From: Eledone cirrhosa
Lineage: Eukaryota
Direction: 5' to 3'
Length of the DNA: 64,000 bases
Assembly (NCBI GenBank): GCA_964016885.1
Contig: CAXHJY010000814.1
Coordinates: 23,194-87,193, forward strand
Below the pieces are notes generated by a model. That model saw only the letters and a list, made by a program, of their open reading frames with translations, was not told the DNA's origin and made no database searches. How positions within the stretch are numbered: the first letter of the stretch is position 1; each line of letters opens with the position of its first letter. The translations under genes were made by a program, and so were the position numbers. Positions 10,980-23,400 of the stretch are shown piece by piece.

Positions 10980-12491
10980 TGTAGAACAATGAGGCATTTA
11001 ATGATACAATCATATTTTATTTTAAATAACTCATGAAGAAAAATCATATTTTTATCACGCAAAAGTTTTACAACACATTTTATATTTATCGCTTTTTTTC
11101 AAGAAAATTCTTAAATTTTCAGATTTAAAATTCAGTAGAATGTTCTCGATTAGGTTTAAGGTAACTTCTAAGGACTATTAAAAACATTACGTCATTATTT
11201 GTCTGACGACCATCCTGTAAACATTGATAACCGTCCTGTAAACATTGACAATATGGGGAAAAATAAACTGATTGATCAAGACCTCTGTAAACGCATTGTA
11301 GACCTTCATACAAATGTTGGTTATAGAAAGATATCTTGTCAGTTAAATGTGCCATTGAGTTCAGTTGGTACTATAATTCGTCACTGGAAATCTCATCATT
11401 CCATCTGTCCTCTAATTAGTTCTGGTCGTCCGAGAAAGATAACGGAACGTGCAGCTCGGTTATTGACGAGAAACGTTGGCAGCAACGAACCCCGGTGTAC
11501 TCTTAAAAATCTTCAGGATGACCTAGAAGGAAGTGGAGTAAAAGTGAGCACAGATACAATTAGTCGCTCACTTCGTCGATATGATATCTTCTCGAGGTCT
11601 CCAAGGAAAACACCACTTCTTACGAGGAAACACGTTCTTCCTCGATTAAACTTTGCAAATGAACATCTCATCAAACCTGCATCGTTTTGGGAAGATGTAC
11701 TTTAGTCGGACGAAAGAAAATTTGAACTTTTTGGTCGAAATGCTGTGGCAAAAGTCTGGAGAAAGAAAGGTACTGAATATTCGCCAAAGAATACTATTCC
11801 AACTGTAAAATTTGGAGGTGGATCAATCATGGTCTGGGGTTGCTTTAGTGCCACAGGTGTAGGAAATATTGAAATACTAGAAGGAAGAATGGAGGTATTT
11901 ATTATAGAGGTATTTTGCAAAGGAATTTACATCAAAGTGTACATTCTCTCAGCTTAAAGCCAGGTTGGTTTTTTTCAACAAGATAACGATCCAAAGCATA
12001 CTGCAAAGCTAACACAATCTTGGTTAAGTACGAATGGAATAAATGTTCTAAAATGGCCAAGTCAGTCTCCAGATATTAACCCGATCAAAAAATTTGTGGA
12101 GAGAACTGAAACTCAGAATTCAAAAAAGGAAACCCCAAAATATCCCTGAACTAAAGAAAATTTGTTGTGAAGAATAAAAATATTAGCCAAGAAACATGCA
12201 AGAAGTTTGTAGGAGGCTACTCCAAACGCCTACAGGCTGTAATTAGCAACAAAGGTTACGCTACGAAATATTAAGAGATGATTTAATAAATGTGTTGTAA
12301 ACTTTTGCGTTATAAAAATATTGATTTTTCTTCACGAGTTATTTCCTTGTTATTTTTTTTTAAATATGATTGTATCATTAAATACCTCATTATAAGTTCT
12401 ATCAGCAGTTAAATTTTCATTACCCTAACTTTATTAAAAATTCCTAAAACCACATTTTTCCTAATATGTTGTAAACTTTTGTGGGGCACTG
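10980..12491 (+). mobile_element. Tc1-family DNA transposon, IR/DR type, defective transposase (~11253-12274)
   Basis: HTH region with SGRPRK, then [29 protein letters not shown] and [12 protein letters not shown]. Long IRs (~10990-11085 vs ~12288-12390) carry the repeated caaaagttt(t)acaac motif. The right end is ...gtggggcactg|TA; the left outer end is lost. Confidence 0.93.
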
Positions 12492-12763
12492 TATATATAC
12501 ATGAATATACGTATATATATACACATATCTGATGAGAATGCAAATATCGGATGATATTTGTTTTTGAAATGCGCATAATAAAATACATGGAACTTTTTTA
12601 ACCATCTTTATATTTCTTCTTATATACTCCAGTCCAATAAACTGTTGAGTGCTACTTATCCGATATTTGCATTGCTTTATTGTTCTACAATAAAACTCAC
12701 CTCCTACATTATATATATATATACATACATATACTGTACCGATTGTGTTGTTATTTCTGTGAC

Positions 12764-13075
12764 TGCTGGGTGCTTTTTTGCCGTGGCACCTACACGTCCA
12801 CTTTATAGTGTGGGCTGGATGCTTTTTTGCCGTGGCACCTACACGTCCACTTTATAGTGTGGGCTGGATGCTTTTTTGCCGTGGCACCTACACGTCCACT
12901 TTATAGTGTGGGCTGGATCCTTTTTTGCCGTGGCACCTACACGTCCACTTTATAGTGTGGGCTGGATGCTTTTTTGCCGTGGCGCCTCCACGTCCACTTT
13001 ACAGTGTGGGCTGGATGCTTTTTTGCCGTGGCGCCTCCACGTCCACTTTACAGTGTGCGCTGGGTGCTTTTTTTC
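12764..13075. repeat. 49-bp minisatellite (~6 copies)
   Basis: gctggatgcttttttgccgtggcacctacacgtccactttatagtgtgg repeated. Confidence 0.9.
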
Positions 13076-13099
13076 ACGACCACTTTGCAGTGGAATGAT

Positions 13100-13368
<269 letters not shown>

Positions 13369-13671
13369 TTTATATATATGTATATATGAATATAACATAT
13401 GATGACGTCATCACCAGCGAGCCAGCGCTCGCAGGGAAAATAATTATGAGATTGAAATCATTGGTTACGTGACTGACACTTTTCAAATCATCACTTATGC
13501 AGTTAAGTAACAAAAAATTAATGAAGGCACCACCAGTGCAAGGGCTGCGTCGATGTCAACTCTATGTTGTTCTATTTAAAACCAGTCCTGTTGGCAGTGC
13601 AATGTCGCAGGAACGCGGTTGCCCCTTCAGCAGGGGCGCCCCTGAACAGACGTAGACAGAAAAAAAAAACA

Positions 13672-13980
13672 TATACACCAGGAAACACATTAGACTTAGC
13701 AGCAAAACCACATGACTTGGACTACAACAATCCAGACAAATAATTTATCAACGCCACAATACGAAGCAGACCGACTGGGATAATTGCAAGCGGAGCAATC
13801 GCTGCAAAACATTATCTGGGACTTGATAACTACTTCTGGGGTACCCCAGAGCGTCAACATACTTAGCCTGACATTTCTAATAATAATCAGCCTCTACGTG
13901 ATATGGGTGAAATGGGGCCATTATCAATCGATTTCTCAGTACGGATGGCAGGGAACACATATCGGACCAGACATACCACC
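13672..13980 (+). pseudogene. VP1: Second parvovirus-like VP1 PLA2 remnant
   Basis: An unannotated frame reads YTPGNTLDLAAKPHDLDYNNPDK*FINATIRSRPTGIIASGAIAAKHYLG, matching the VP1u pattern PxNxxDxAAKxHDxxY...ADxxFIxxT...G.I......K. Confidence 0.75.
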
Positions 13981-13984
13981 ACCA

Positions 13985-14448
13985 ACACTCACCATCTTCC
14001 TTTCCTCATTACCTACCACCCCGCACCTCATGCGGCTCGTCCACGACCTCCAGTCAGACCCCTCCACCTCCACTGAACTCACACCCCTCCACTCATTCAA
14101 GCGCGAACGCAACCTCCGGAAACTTCTCATCCATAGCTCCCTTACTCCTCACACCACAGACACCATCACCCTCCACCTCCACTGAACTCACACCCCTCCA
14201 CTCATTCAAGCGTGAACGCAACCCCCGGGTCTTCCTCATCCATAGCTCCCTTCCTCCTCACATCAACACCTTCCACCTAACTCACACCACTCCGGAACTT
14301 CATCCATAGCACCCTTCCTCCGCACATCACACACACCAGCACCCTCCACCCAACACACACCCTCTATCTCCACCCAACACACACCCTCTACCTCCACCCA
14401 ACACACACCCCTCTACCTCCACCCAACACACACCCCTCCACTCATTCA
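13985..14448 (+). mobile_element. Penelope-like element fragment (RT-to-endonuclease linker) with internal tandem reiterations
   Basis: LQSDPST...PLHSFKRERNLRKLLIHSSL matches the PLE motif LQxDP...PxxxFRRxxNLRDxLVxS. Confidence 0.7.
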
Positions 14449-14449
14449 A

Positions 14450-17400
14450 GACACAAACTTTGAAAACTAAGCAACACATCAATTTATACAACAACAAACA
14501 TAGCGTTACTCTCTCCGTCACTCTTCCCTCTCTCTACAATAGATTATTCCCCCCTCTCTATAATTTAACTGCTTTACTCTCTTCATGCTTCGAGGTTTAA
14601 CACACCTCCTTATGGTTTCTTAGCTTCACTCTCTCCATCGCTCTTCCCTCTCTCTATAATAGATCTTTCCCCCCTCTTCGTTCAGAAACGCGAAAAAAAC
14701 TTTGATAATTAAGCAACACATAAATTTATACAACAGACAGTCATAACGATGCTCATACATCAAATAACAAAACTTAAAAAGCCGATAACACTACTCATTT
14801 GGCTGATAACAAAAATCAACGAAAGCAGCACTGACAGCATCATTTCAGCAGAAATACCCAACCCAAAATTGGACAGAGAACTCCACAACATCGTCACTGT
14901 TCACATGGTTCATGGGCCATGCGGGAATGGTTTCAATATGAATTCGCCATGAATTAAAGAAAGAAAGTCCACCAAGAGGTATCCTAGGCCATTCCTCCAA
15001 GAAACTCAGACGGGTGGCGTCAGTTATCCATTATACCGCTGCAGGAAGCCAACGGACAGAGGAATTGTTGTGATAACACCACATCACCACGTCGACAAGC
15101 GGTGCATTGTACCCTACTGCCCACTTCTGCTTAAAATGTTTAACGCCCACATTAACGTTGAATACTGCCACTCCGTCAAATCAATAAAGTATGTCTGCAA
15201 GTTCATCAATAAGGGGTCCGATGCTGCGTCCTTCGGTCTTACAATGCAGAACAGCCGATACATCAGCAGTAATGAAACGTTCTCACAATTCTTACACTTT
15301 ACAATATACCATAACTACCCCCCAATCAAACAGTTGGCGGTGCACCTTGAAAACGGTCAAAGAGTCTACTTCACCGCTGCTGAGATAGCAAAGGAACCCA
15401 AGGACACCACACTTACGGCATTTAAGTTATTCCAAAACGATCCCTTCGCCAAGACCCTCTTCTACTTTCAGGTGCCATCATACTACACATGGAACACAGA
15501 CAACAGAATTTGGTTTAGAAGGGTGAAAGGACAACCCGTTGACGGACATCCAGACATTAAAATGTCCCCAACCCTTGGGAGAGTGTACACCATTAATACC
15601 AACAGGAATGCTTTTAATCTCCGCCTTCTACTGCATGAGGTGGTAGGACCAACATCTTTCGACGATCTGAAAACAATCAACGGAGAGACTTGTACTTCAT
15701 TCCGCGCAGCCTGCCTTAGATGGGGTCTACTGGAAGATGGCACTCAGTGGGATGCGACATTGGCGGAGGCAGCTACAACACGCTCAGTGCGAACTCTTCG
15801 GCAACTCTTTGCGGTGCTACTGCAGACATGCGAGTTAAGCGACCCTGTATCCTAATGGGACAAATACAAAGAGGACCTTTCCGATGACAACATACACCAA
15901 GGACAACTGCTACTCCCTCATTCCGACGTACGACTCAGCGACGAATTCTTCAACAAAGATCTCATTGACATCGAGGACAAAATCCTAACTGCCGGCGGAA
16001 ATCACCTTCCATTCTATGGACTGCCAAAAGTTCAGCGAACGGGCTCAGAGAAACTTCCGAAGCGCATAATTCAGGAAACTGCCTACAACATCGATGCCCT
16101 CAAACTGTTCATCAACGAAAACGAGCCGAAATTGTTGCAGGACCAACAGCGGGCGCGACAGCAAAAAGGAATCGCCCGGGCTGTGGCGGCTTCTGGGATT
16201 GCTGCAACTCTGCTGCCCGGAGGGAGGACAGCTCATTTCGCATTTAAACTACCATTCAACACGACTTCAGACGACACAATAACCTGCAACATCATCAAGG
16301 ACTCTGACAAAGCGGAAGTCTTGATTGTGTGGGACGAATGCACAATGGCCCATAAAGGATCCCTTGAGGCGTTAGACAGGACCCTACGAGACATCAGGGA
16401 ATGCAACCGGCCGATGGGAGGAGTACCTCTACTGCTGTCTGGCAATTTTCGACAAACTCTTCCAGTTGTTCCAAAAGCCACCAGGGCCGACACTGTGGGG
16501 GCTTGCATTAAATCATCTCCCCTGTGGCAGGAAGTGACAACTTGACCCTCACAACAAACATGAGAGCCCAACTGCTCGGCGACCGCTCATCAGCAGACTT
16601 CTCAAAGGTCCTCTTAAAAGTTGGTGACAGCACTGCACCTTCAGATGCAGCTGGAGAAATGGCAGTCTCGCAAGTAAGCACTGTTGTCGACACTCTTGAC
16701 GACCTCACAGCCTCTGTCTTTCCCGATATGGCCATCAACTACAAAAACACGAGTCGTTTGTGTGATAGAGCCATATTGGCTCCCAAAAATGTCTCCGTTG
16801 CAAAAATCAATGAGGACCTTCTGCAATGCATTCCTGGAAACCTCCGTACCTACAAATCTGTTGACAAAGATGAGGTTGACGATTTTCCAACAGAATTCCT
16901 CAATTTCTTGGACCTCTCTGGACTGCCACCTCATTAACTGCGCGTCAAAGTTGGGTCTCCAGTGATGCTGTTGAGGAACCTGGAACCACCACGTCTCTGC
17001 AACGGAACACGGTTAGTGGCAAGAAACCTCCTGCCGCATGTAATTGAAGCCACAATTCTCACGGGCTGCGGCACTGGGGAAAACGTCTTCATACCCAGAA
17101 TACCATTAACTCCATCAGGTATGGAATGCCCCTGTACTCTGCGCCGACTTCAATTCCCCGTTAAACTTTGCTTCGCGGTGTCAATCAACAAGTCTCAAGG
17201 CCAAACGCTATAAACAGCATGCCTACATTTAGCCCAGCCGTGCTTCTCACATGGCCAATTATATGCCGCATGCTCAAGACTTATTCATACTTGCGCCCAA
17301 AGGCAGAACAAAAAATGTGGTCTACATAGAGGTGTTGTGACTCCTCTATTCAGCACCACTACAGTCTTGCCGGTCTGACATATGGTGAGTAGATGCTATT

Positions 17401-17451
17401 GTTGTACTTTAAAGCAATTAAACTCCGAGCAATGGCGGGCACTTCTGCTAG
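14450..17451 (+). mobile_element. Helitron (RepHel pseudogene) with intact 3' terminus
   Basis: Rep motifs: IISAEIP, MVHGPCG, AHINVEYC.SVKSIKY..K.INKG, YISSNE, VHLENGQRVYF, GPTSFDDLKT. PIF1 motifs: ASGIAATLL.GGRTAH, IVWDECTM, SGNFRQTLPV, LTTNMR, LCNGTRL, RLQFPVKLCFAVSINKSQGQT, FSHGQLY. A GC-rich subterminal segment precedes CTAG (17448-17451) followed by T. Walker A is deleted and the 5' end is unclear. Confidence 0.95.
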
Positions 17452-20400
17452 TATTAATATAATTTACTATGAATGACATTTATTGTAATTTTTATTTCCC
17501 TATGGCAATTAAAAAGAAGAAAAGTAAAATTTGATCTAAAAGAAATATGAAAATAGAAGCCAGCCATACATCCCTTACACCTCACATCACAAACACCACC
17601 ACCCCTCTACTCATTCAAGCGCAAACGCAACCTCCAAAACCACTTCATTCATAGCTCCCTTCCACCTCCTATCACAAACAGCACCACCCTCCACCTCCAC
17701 TCATTCAAGCACGAACGCAACCTCCAGATCTTCCTCATCCATAGCTCCCTTCCTCCTCACATGAAAAAAACACCACCACCTTCCAAGGCCCCAACATCAA
17801 ATCCCTCCCTGCCTGCCACTCTTTCTACTGCACCTCCTCCAGCTTTGTCTAGGGACTCATTTGAACGATATCTGGAGTCCCCTATGTCAAATGAACGTTG
17901 TTTCTCGCTAATATCAAATGAGGACACTGACTCATATCTTGCATTTATCTTAGATGAATACGAGGGAGAATTTCAAGAACAACAACCTCAAGGAAACAAC
18001 GAGCGAAATAGGTGACCAAGTGGATTGGGGACTTTGACCCCAGCTTTCACACTGAGTCAGGAATAAAAACAGACACTACCTACTCTGCTCAAGAAAAGAA
18101 CAAAGACAACGAGATTCCTAAGACGACTTCACTGATCAGCAGAAATGGGTGAAATACAGGCACCTAATAAAGTCAAACACAGAAGCACCAAGTCCCACTT
18201 TATTAACAGATTCTCAATTATAATTTTCTTATATTGCATGTCATATTAATATAATTTACTTTGTATGACATTTATTGTAATTTTTATTTCTCTATGGCAA
18301 TTAAAAAGAAGAAACAAAGAAATTTGATCTAAGAAAAATATGAAAATAGATGCCTGCCATAGCTCCCTTCCTCCTCACATCACAAATACCACCACACTCA
18401 CACCCCTCCACTCATTCCAGCAAGAACACAACCTCCGGAAACTTCTCATCCATAGCTCCCTTACACCTCACCACAAACACCACCACCATCCAAGGGCCCA
18501 AAAGCAAATCCTTCTCTGCCTGGCATTCCTCCTACTGCACCTCCTCCAGCTTTGTCTACGGACTCCTTTGAACGGAATCTGGAGTCCCCTATGTCAAATG
18601 AACGTTGTTTCTCGCTAATATCGAATGAGGACACTGACTCATCCGACGAATATCTTGCATTTATCTTAGATGAATACGAGGGAGAATTTCAAGAACAACA
18701 ACCACAAGGAAACAACGAGCAAAATAGGTGACCAAGTGGATTGGGGACTTTGACCCCAGCTTTAACACTGAGTCAGGAATACATACAAATGCTGTTTACT
18801 CTGCTCAAAAAAAGAACAAAGACAACGAGATTCCTAAGACGACTTCACCGATCAACAGAATTGGGTGAAATACAGGCACCTAATAAAGTCAAACACAGAA
18901 ACACCAAGTCCCACTTTATTAACAGATTCTCAATTATAATTTTCTTATATTGCATGTCATATTAATATAATTTACTTTGTATGACATTTATTGTAATTTT
19001 TATTTCTCTATGGCAATTAAAAAGAAGGAACAAAGAAATTTGATCTTAAAAAATTATGAAAATAGAAGACCGCCATAGCTCCCTTACACCTCACATCACA
19101 AACACCACCACCCTCTACCACACTCACACCCTTCTATTCATTCAAGCACGAACACAACCTCCGGACCCTGTTCACCCATAGCTCCCTTCCTCATCACATT
19201 ACAAACACCATCACCCTCCTCCACTCATTCAAGTGCAAACACAACCTCCAAAACCACTTCATTCATAGCTCCCTTCCACCTATCACAAACACCATCACAC
19301 TCCACCTCCACCAAACTCACAAACCTCCACACATTCAAGGACGAACGCAACCTCCAGATCTTCCTCATCCATAGCTCCCTTCCTCCTCACATCAAAAAAA
19401 CACCACCACCTTCCAAGGGTCCAACACCAAATCCCTTTCTGCATGCCACTCTTTCCACTGCACCTCCTCCAGCTTTGTCTACGGACTCTTTTGAACGGAA
19501 TCTGGAGTCCCCTATATCAAATGAACGTTGTTTCTCGCTAATATCAAATGAGGACACTGACTCATATCTTGCATTTATCTTAGATGAATACGAGGGAGAA
19601 TTTCAAGAACAACAACCTCAAGGAAACAACGAGCGAAATAGGTGACCAAGTGGATTGGGGACTTTGACCCCAGCTTTAACACTGAGTCAGGAATAAAAAC
19701 AAACGCTACCTACTCTGCTCAAGAAAAGAACAAAGACAACGAGATTCCTAAGACGACTTCACTGATCAGCAGAAATGGGTGAAATACAGGCACCTAATAA
19801 AGTCAAACACAGAAGCACCAAGTCCCACTTTATTAACAGATTCTCAATTATAATTTTCTTATATTGCATGTCATATTAACATAATTTACTTTGTATGACA
19901 TTTATTGTAATTTTTATTTCTCTAAGGCAATTAAAAAGAAGAAACAAAGAAATTTGATCTTAAAAAATTATGAAAATAGAAGACCGCCATAGCTCCCTTA
20001 CACCTCATATCACAAACACCACCACCCTCTACCACACTCACACCCTTCTATTCATTCAAGCACGAACACAACCTCCGGACCCTGTTCACCCATAGATCCC
20101 TTCCTCATCACATTACAGACACCATCACCCTCCTCCACTCATTCAAGTGCAAACACAACCTCCAAAACCACTTCATTCATAGCTCCCTTCCACCTCCTAT
20201 CACAAACACCATCACACACCACCTCCACCAAACTCACAAACCTCCACACATTCAAGGACGAACGCAACCTCCAGATCTTCCTCATCCATAGCTCCCTTCC
20301 TCCTCACATCAAAAAAACACCACCACCTTCCAAGGGCCCACCACCAAATCCCTTTCTGCATGCCACTCTTTCCACTGCACCTCCTCCAGCTTTGTCTACG

Positions 20401-23400
20401 GACTCTTTTGAACGGAATCTGGAGTCCCCTATGTCAAATGAACGTTGTTTCTCGCTAATATCAAATGAGGACAGTGACTCATCCGACAGACATCTTGCAT
20501 TTATCTTAGATGAATACGAGGGAGAATTTCAAGAACAACAACCACAAGGAAACAACGAGCAAAATAGGTGACCAAGTGGATTGGGGACTTTGACCCCAGC
20601 TTTAACACTGAGTCAGGCATGCAAACAAACACTACTCTACTCAAGAATAGAACAAAGACAACGAGATTCCTAAGACGACTTCACTGATCAACAGAAATGG
20701 GTGAAATACAGGCACCTAATAAAGTCAAACACTGAAGCACCAAGTCCCATTTTATTAACAGATTCTCAATTATAATTTTCTTATATTGCATGTCATATTA
20801 ATATAATTTACTTTGTATGACATTTATTGTAATTTTTATTTCTCTATGGCAATTAAAAAGAAGAAACAAAGAAATTTGATCTAAGAAAAATATGAAAATA
20901 GATGCCTGCCATAGCTCCCTTCCACCTCACATCACAAATACCACCACCACACTCACACCCCTCCACTCATTCCAGCAAGAACACAACCTCCGGAAACTTC
21001 TCATCCATAGCTCCCTTACACCTCACCACAAACACCACCACCATCCAAGGGCCCAAAAGCAAATCCTTCTCTGCCTGGCATTCCTCCTACTGCACCTCCT
21101 CCAGCTTTGTCTACGGACTCCTTTGAACGGAATCTGGAGTCCCCTATGTCACATGAACGTTGTTTCTCGCTAATATCGAATGAGGACACTGACTCATCCG
21201 ACAGACATCTTGCATTTATCTTAGATGAATACGAGGGAGAATGTCAAGAACAACAACCACAAGGAAACGAGCGAAATAGGTGACCAAGTGGATTGGGGAC
21301 TTTGACCCCAGCTTTAACACTGAGTCAGGCATACAAACAAACACTACTCTGCTCAAGAATAGAACAAAGACAACGAGATTCCTAAGACGACTTCACTGAT
21401 CAACAGAAATGGGTGAAATACAGGCACCTAATAAAGTCAAACACAGAAACACCAAGTCCCATTTTATTAACAGATTCTCAATTATAATTTTCTTATATTG
21501 CATGTCATATTAATATAATTTACTTTGTATGAGATTTATTGTAATTTTTATTTCTCTAAGGCAATTAAAAAGAAGAAACAAAGAAATTTGATCTTAAAAA
21601 ATTATGAAAATAGAAGACCGCCATAGCTCCCTTCCACCTCACATCACAAACACCACCACCACACTCACACCCCTCCACTCATTCCAGCAAGAACACAACC
21701 TCCGGAAACTTCTCATCCATAGCTCCCTTCCACCTCACATCACAAACACCACCACCCTCTACCACACTCACACCCTTCTATTCATTCAAGCACGAACACA
21801 ACCTCCGGACCCTGTTCACCCATAGCTCCCTTCCTCATCACATTACAAACACCATCACCCTCCTCCACTCATTCAAGTGCAAACACAACCTCCAAAACCA
21901 CTTCATTCATAGCTCCCTTCCACCTCTTATCACAAACACCATCACACTCCACCTCCACCAAACTCACAAACCTCCACACATTCAAGGACGAACGCAACCT
22001 CCAGATCTTCCTCATCCATAGCTCCCTTCCTCCTCACATCAAAAAAACACCACCACCTTCCAAGGGTCCAACACCAAATCCCTTTCTGCATGCCACTCTT
22101 TCCACTGCACCTCCTCCAGCTTTGTCTACGGACTCTTTTGAACGGAATCTGGAGTCCCCTATGTCAAATGAACGTTGTTTCTCGCTAATATCAAATGAGG
22201 ACACTGACTCATATCTTGCATTTATCTTAGATGAATACGAGGGAGAATTTCAAGAACAACAACCTCAAGGAAACAACGAGCGAAATAGGTGACCAAGTGG
22301 ATTGGGGACTTTGACCCCAGCTTTAACACTGAGTCAGGAATAAAAACAGACACTACCTACTCTGCTCAAGAAAAGAACAAAGACAACGAGATTCCTAAGA
22401 CGACTTCACTGATCAGCAGAAATGGGTGAAATACAGGCACCTAATAAAGTCAAACACAGAAGCACCAAGTCCCACTTTATTAACAGATTCTCAATTATAA
22501 TTTTCTTATATTGCATGTCATATTAATATAATTTACTTTGTATGACATTTATTGTAATTTTTATTTCTCTATGGCAATTAAAAAGAAGAAACAAAGAAAT
22601 TTGATCTAAGAAAAATATGAAAATAGATGCCTGCCATAGCTCCCTTCCTCCTCACATCACAAATACCACCACACTCACACCCCTCCACTCATTCCAGCAA
22701 GAACACAACCTCCGGAAACTTCTCATCCATAGCTCCCTTACACCTCACCACAAACACCACCACCATCCAAGGGCCCAAAAGCAAATCCTTCTCTGCCTGG
22801 CATTCCTCCTACTGCACCTCCTCCAGCTTTGTCTACGGACTCCTTTGAACGGAATCTGGAGTCCCCTATGTCACATGAACGTTGTTTCTCGCTAATATCG
22901 AATGAGGACACTCACTCATCCGACAGACATCTTGCATTTATCTTAGATGAATACGAGGGAGAATTTCAAGAACAACAACCACAAGGAAACAACGAGCAAA
23001 ATAGGTGACCAAGTGGATTGGGGACTTTGACCCCAGCTTTAACACTGAGTCAAGAATACATACAAATGCTGTTTACTCTGCTCAAAAAAAGAACAAAGAC
23101 AACGAGATTCCTAAGACGACTTCACCGATCAACAGAAATGGGTGAAATACAGGCACCTAATAAAGTCAAACACAGAAACACCAAGTCCCACTTTATTAAC
23201 AGATTCTCAATTATAATTTTCTTATATTGCATGTCATATTAATATAATTTACTTTGTATGACATTTATTGTAATTTTTATTTCTCTATGGCAATTAAAAA
23301 GAAGAAACAAAGAAATTTGATCTTAAAAAATTATGAAAATAGAAGACCGCCATAGCTCCCTTACACCTCATATCACAAACACCACCACCCTCTACCACAC

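Noticed and set aside
13631-13644. 14-bp palindrome caggggcgcccctg as a parvoviral terminal hairpin
   Set aside because: Too short and isolated to call an ITR.
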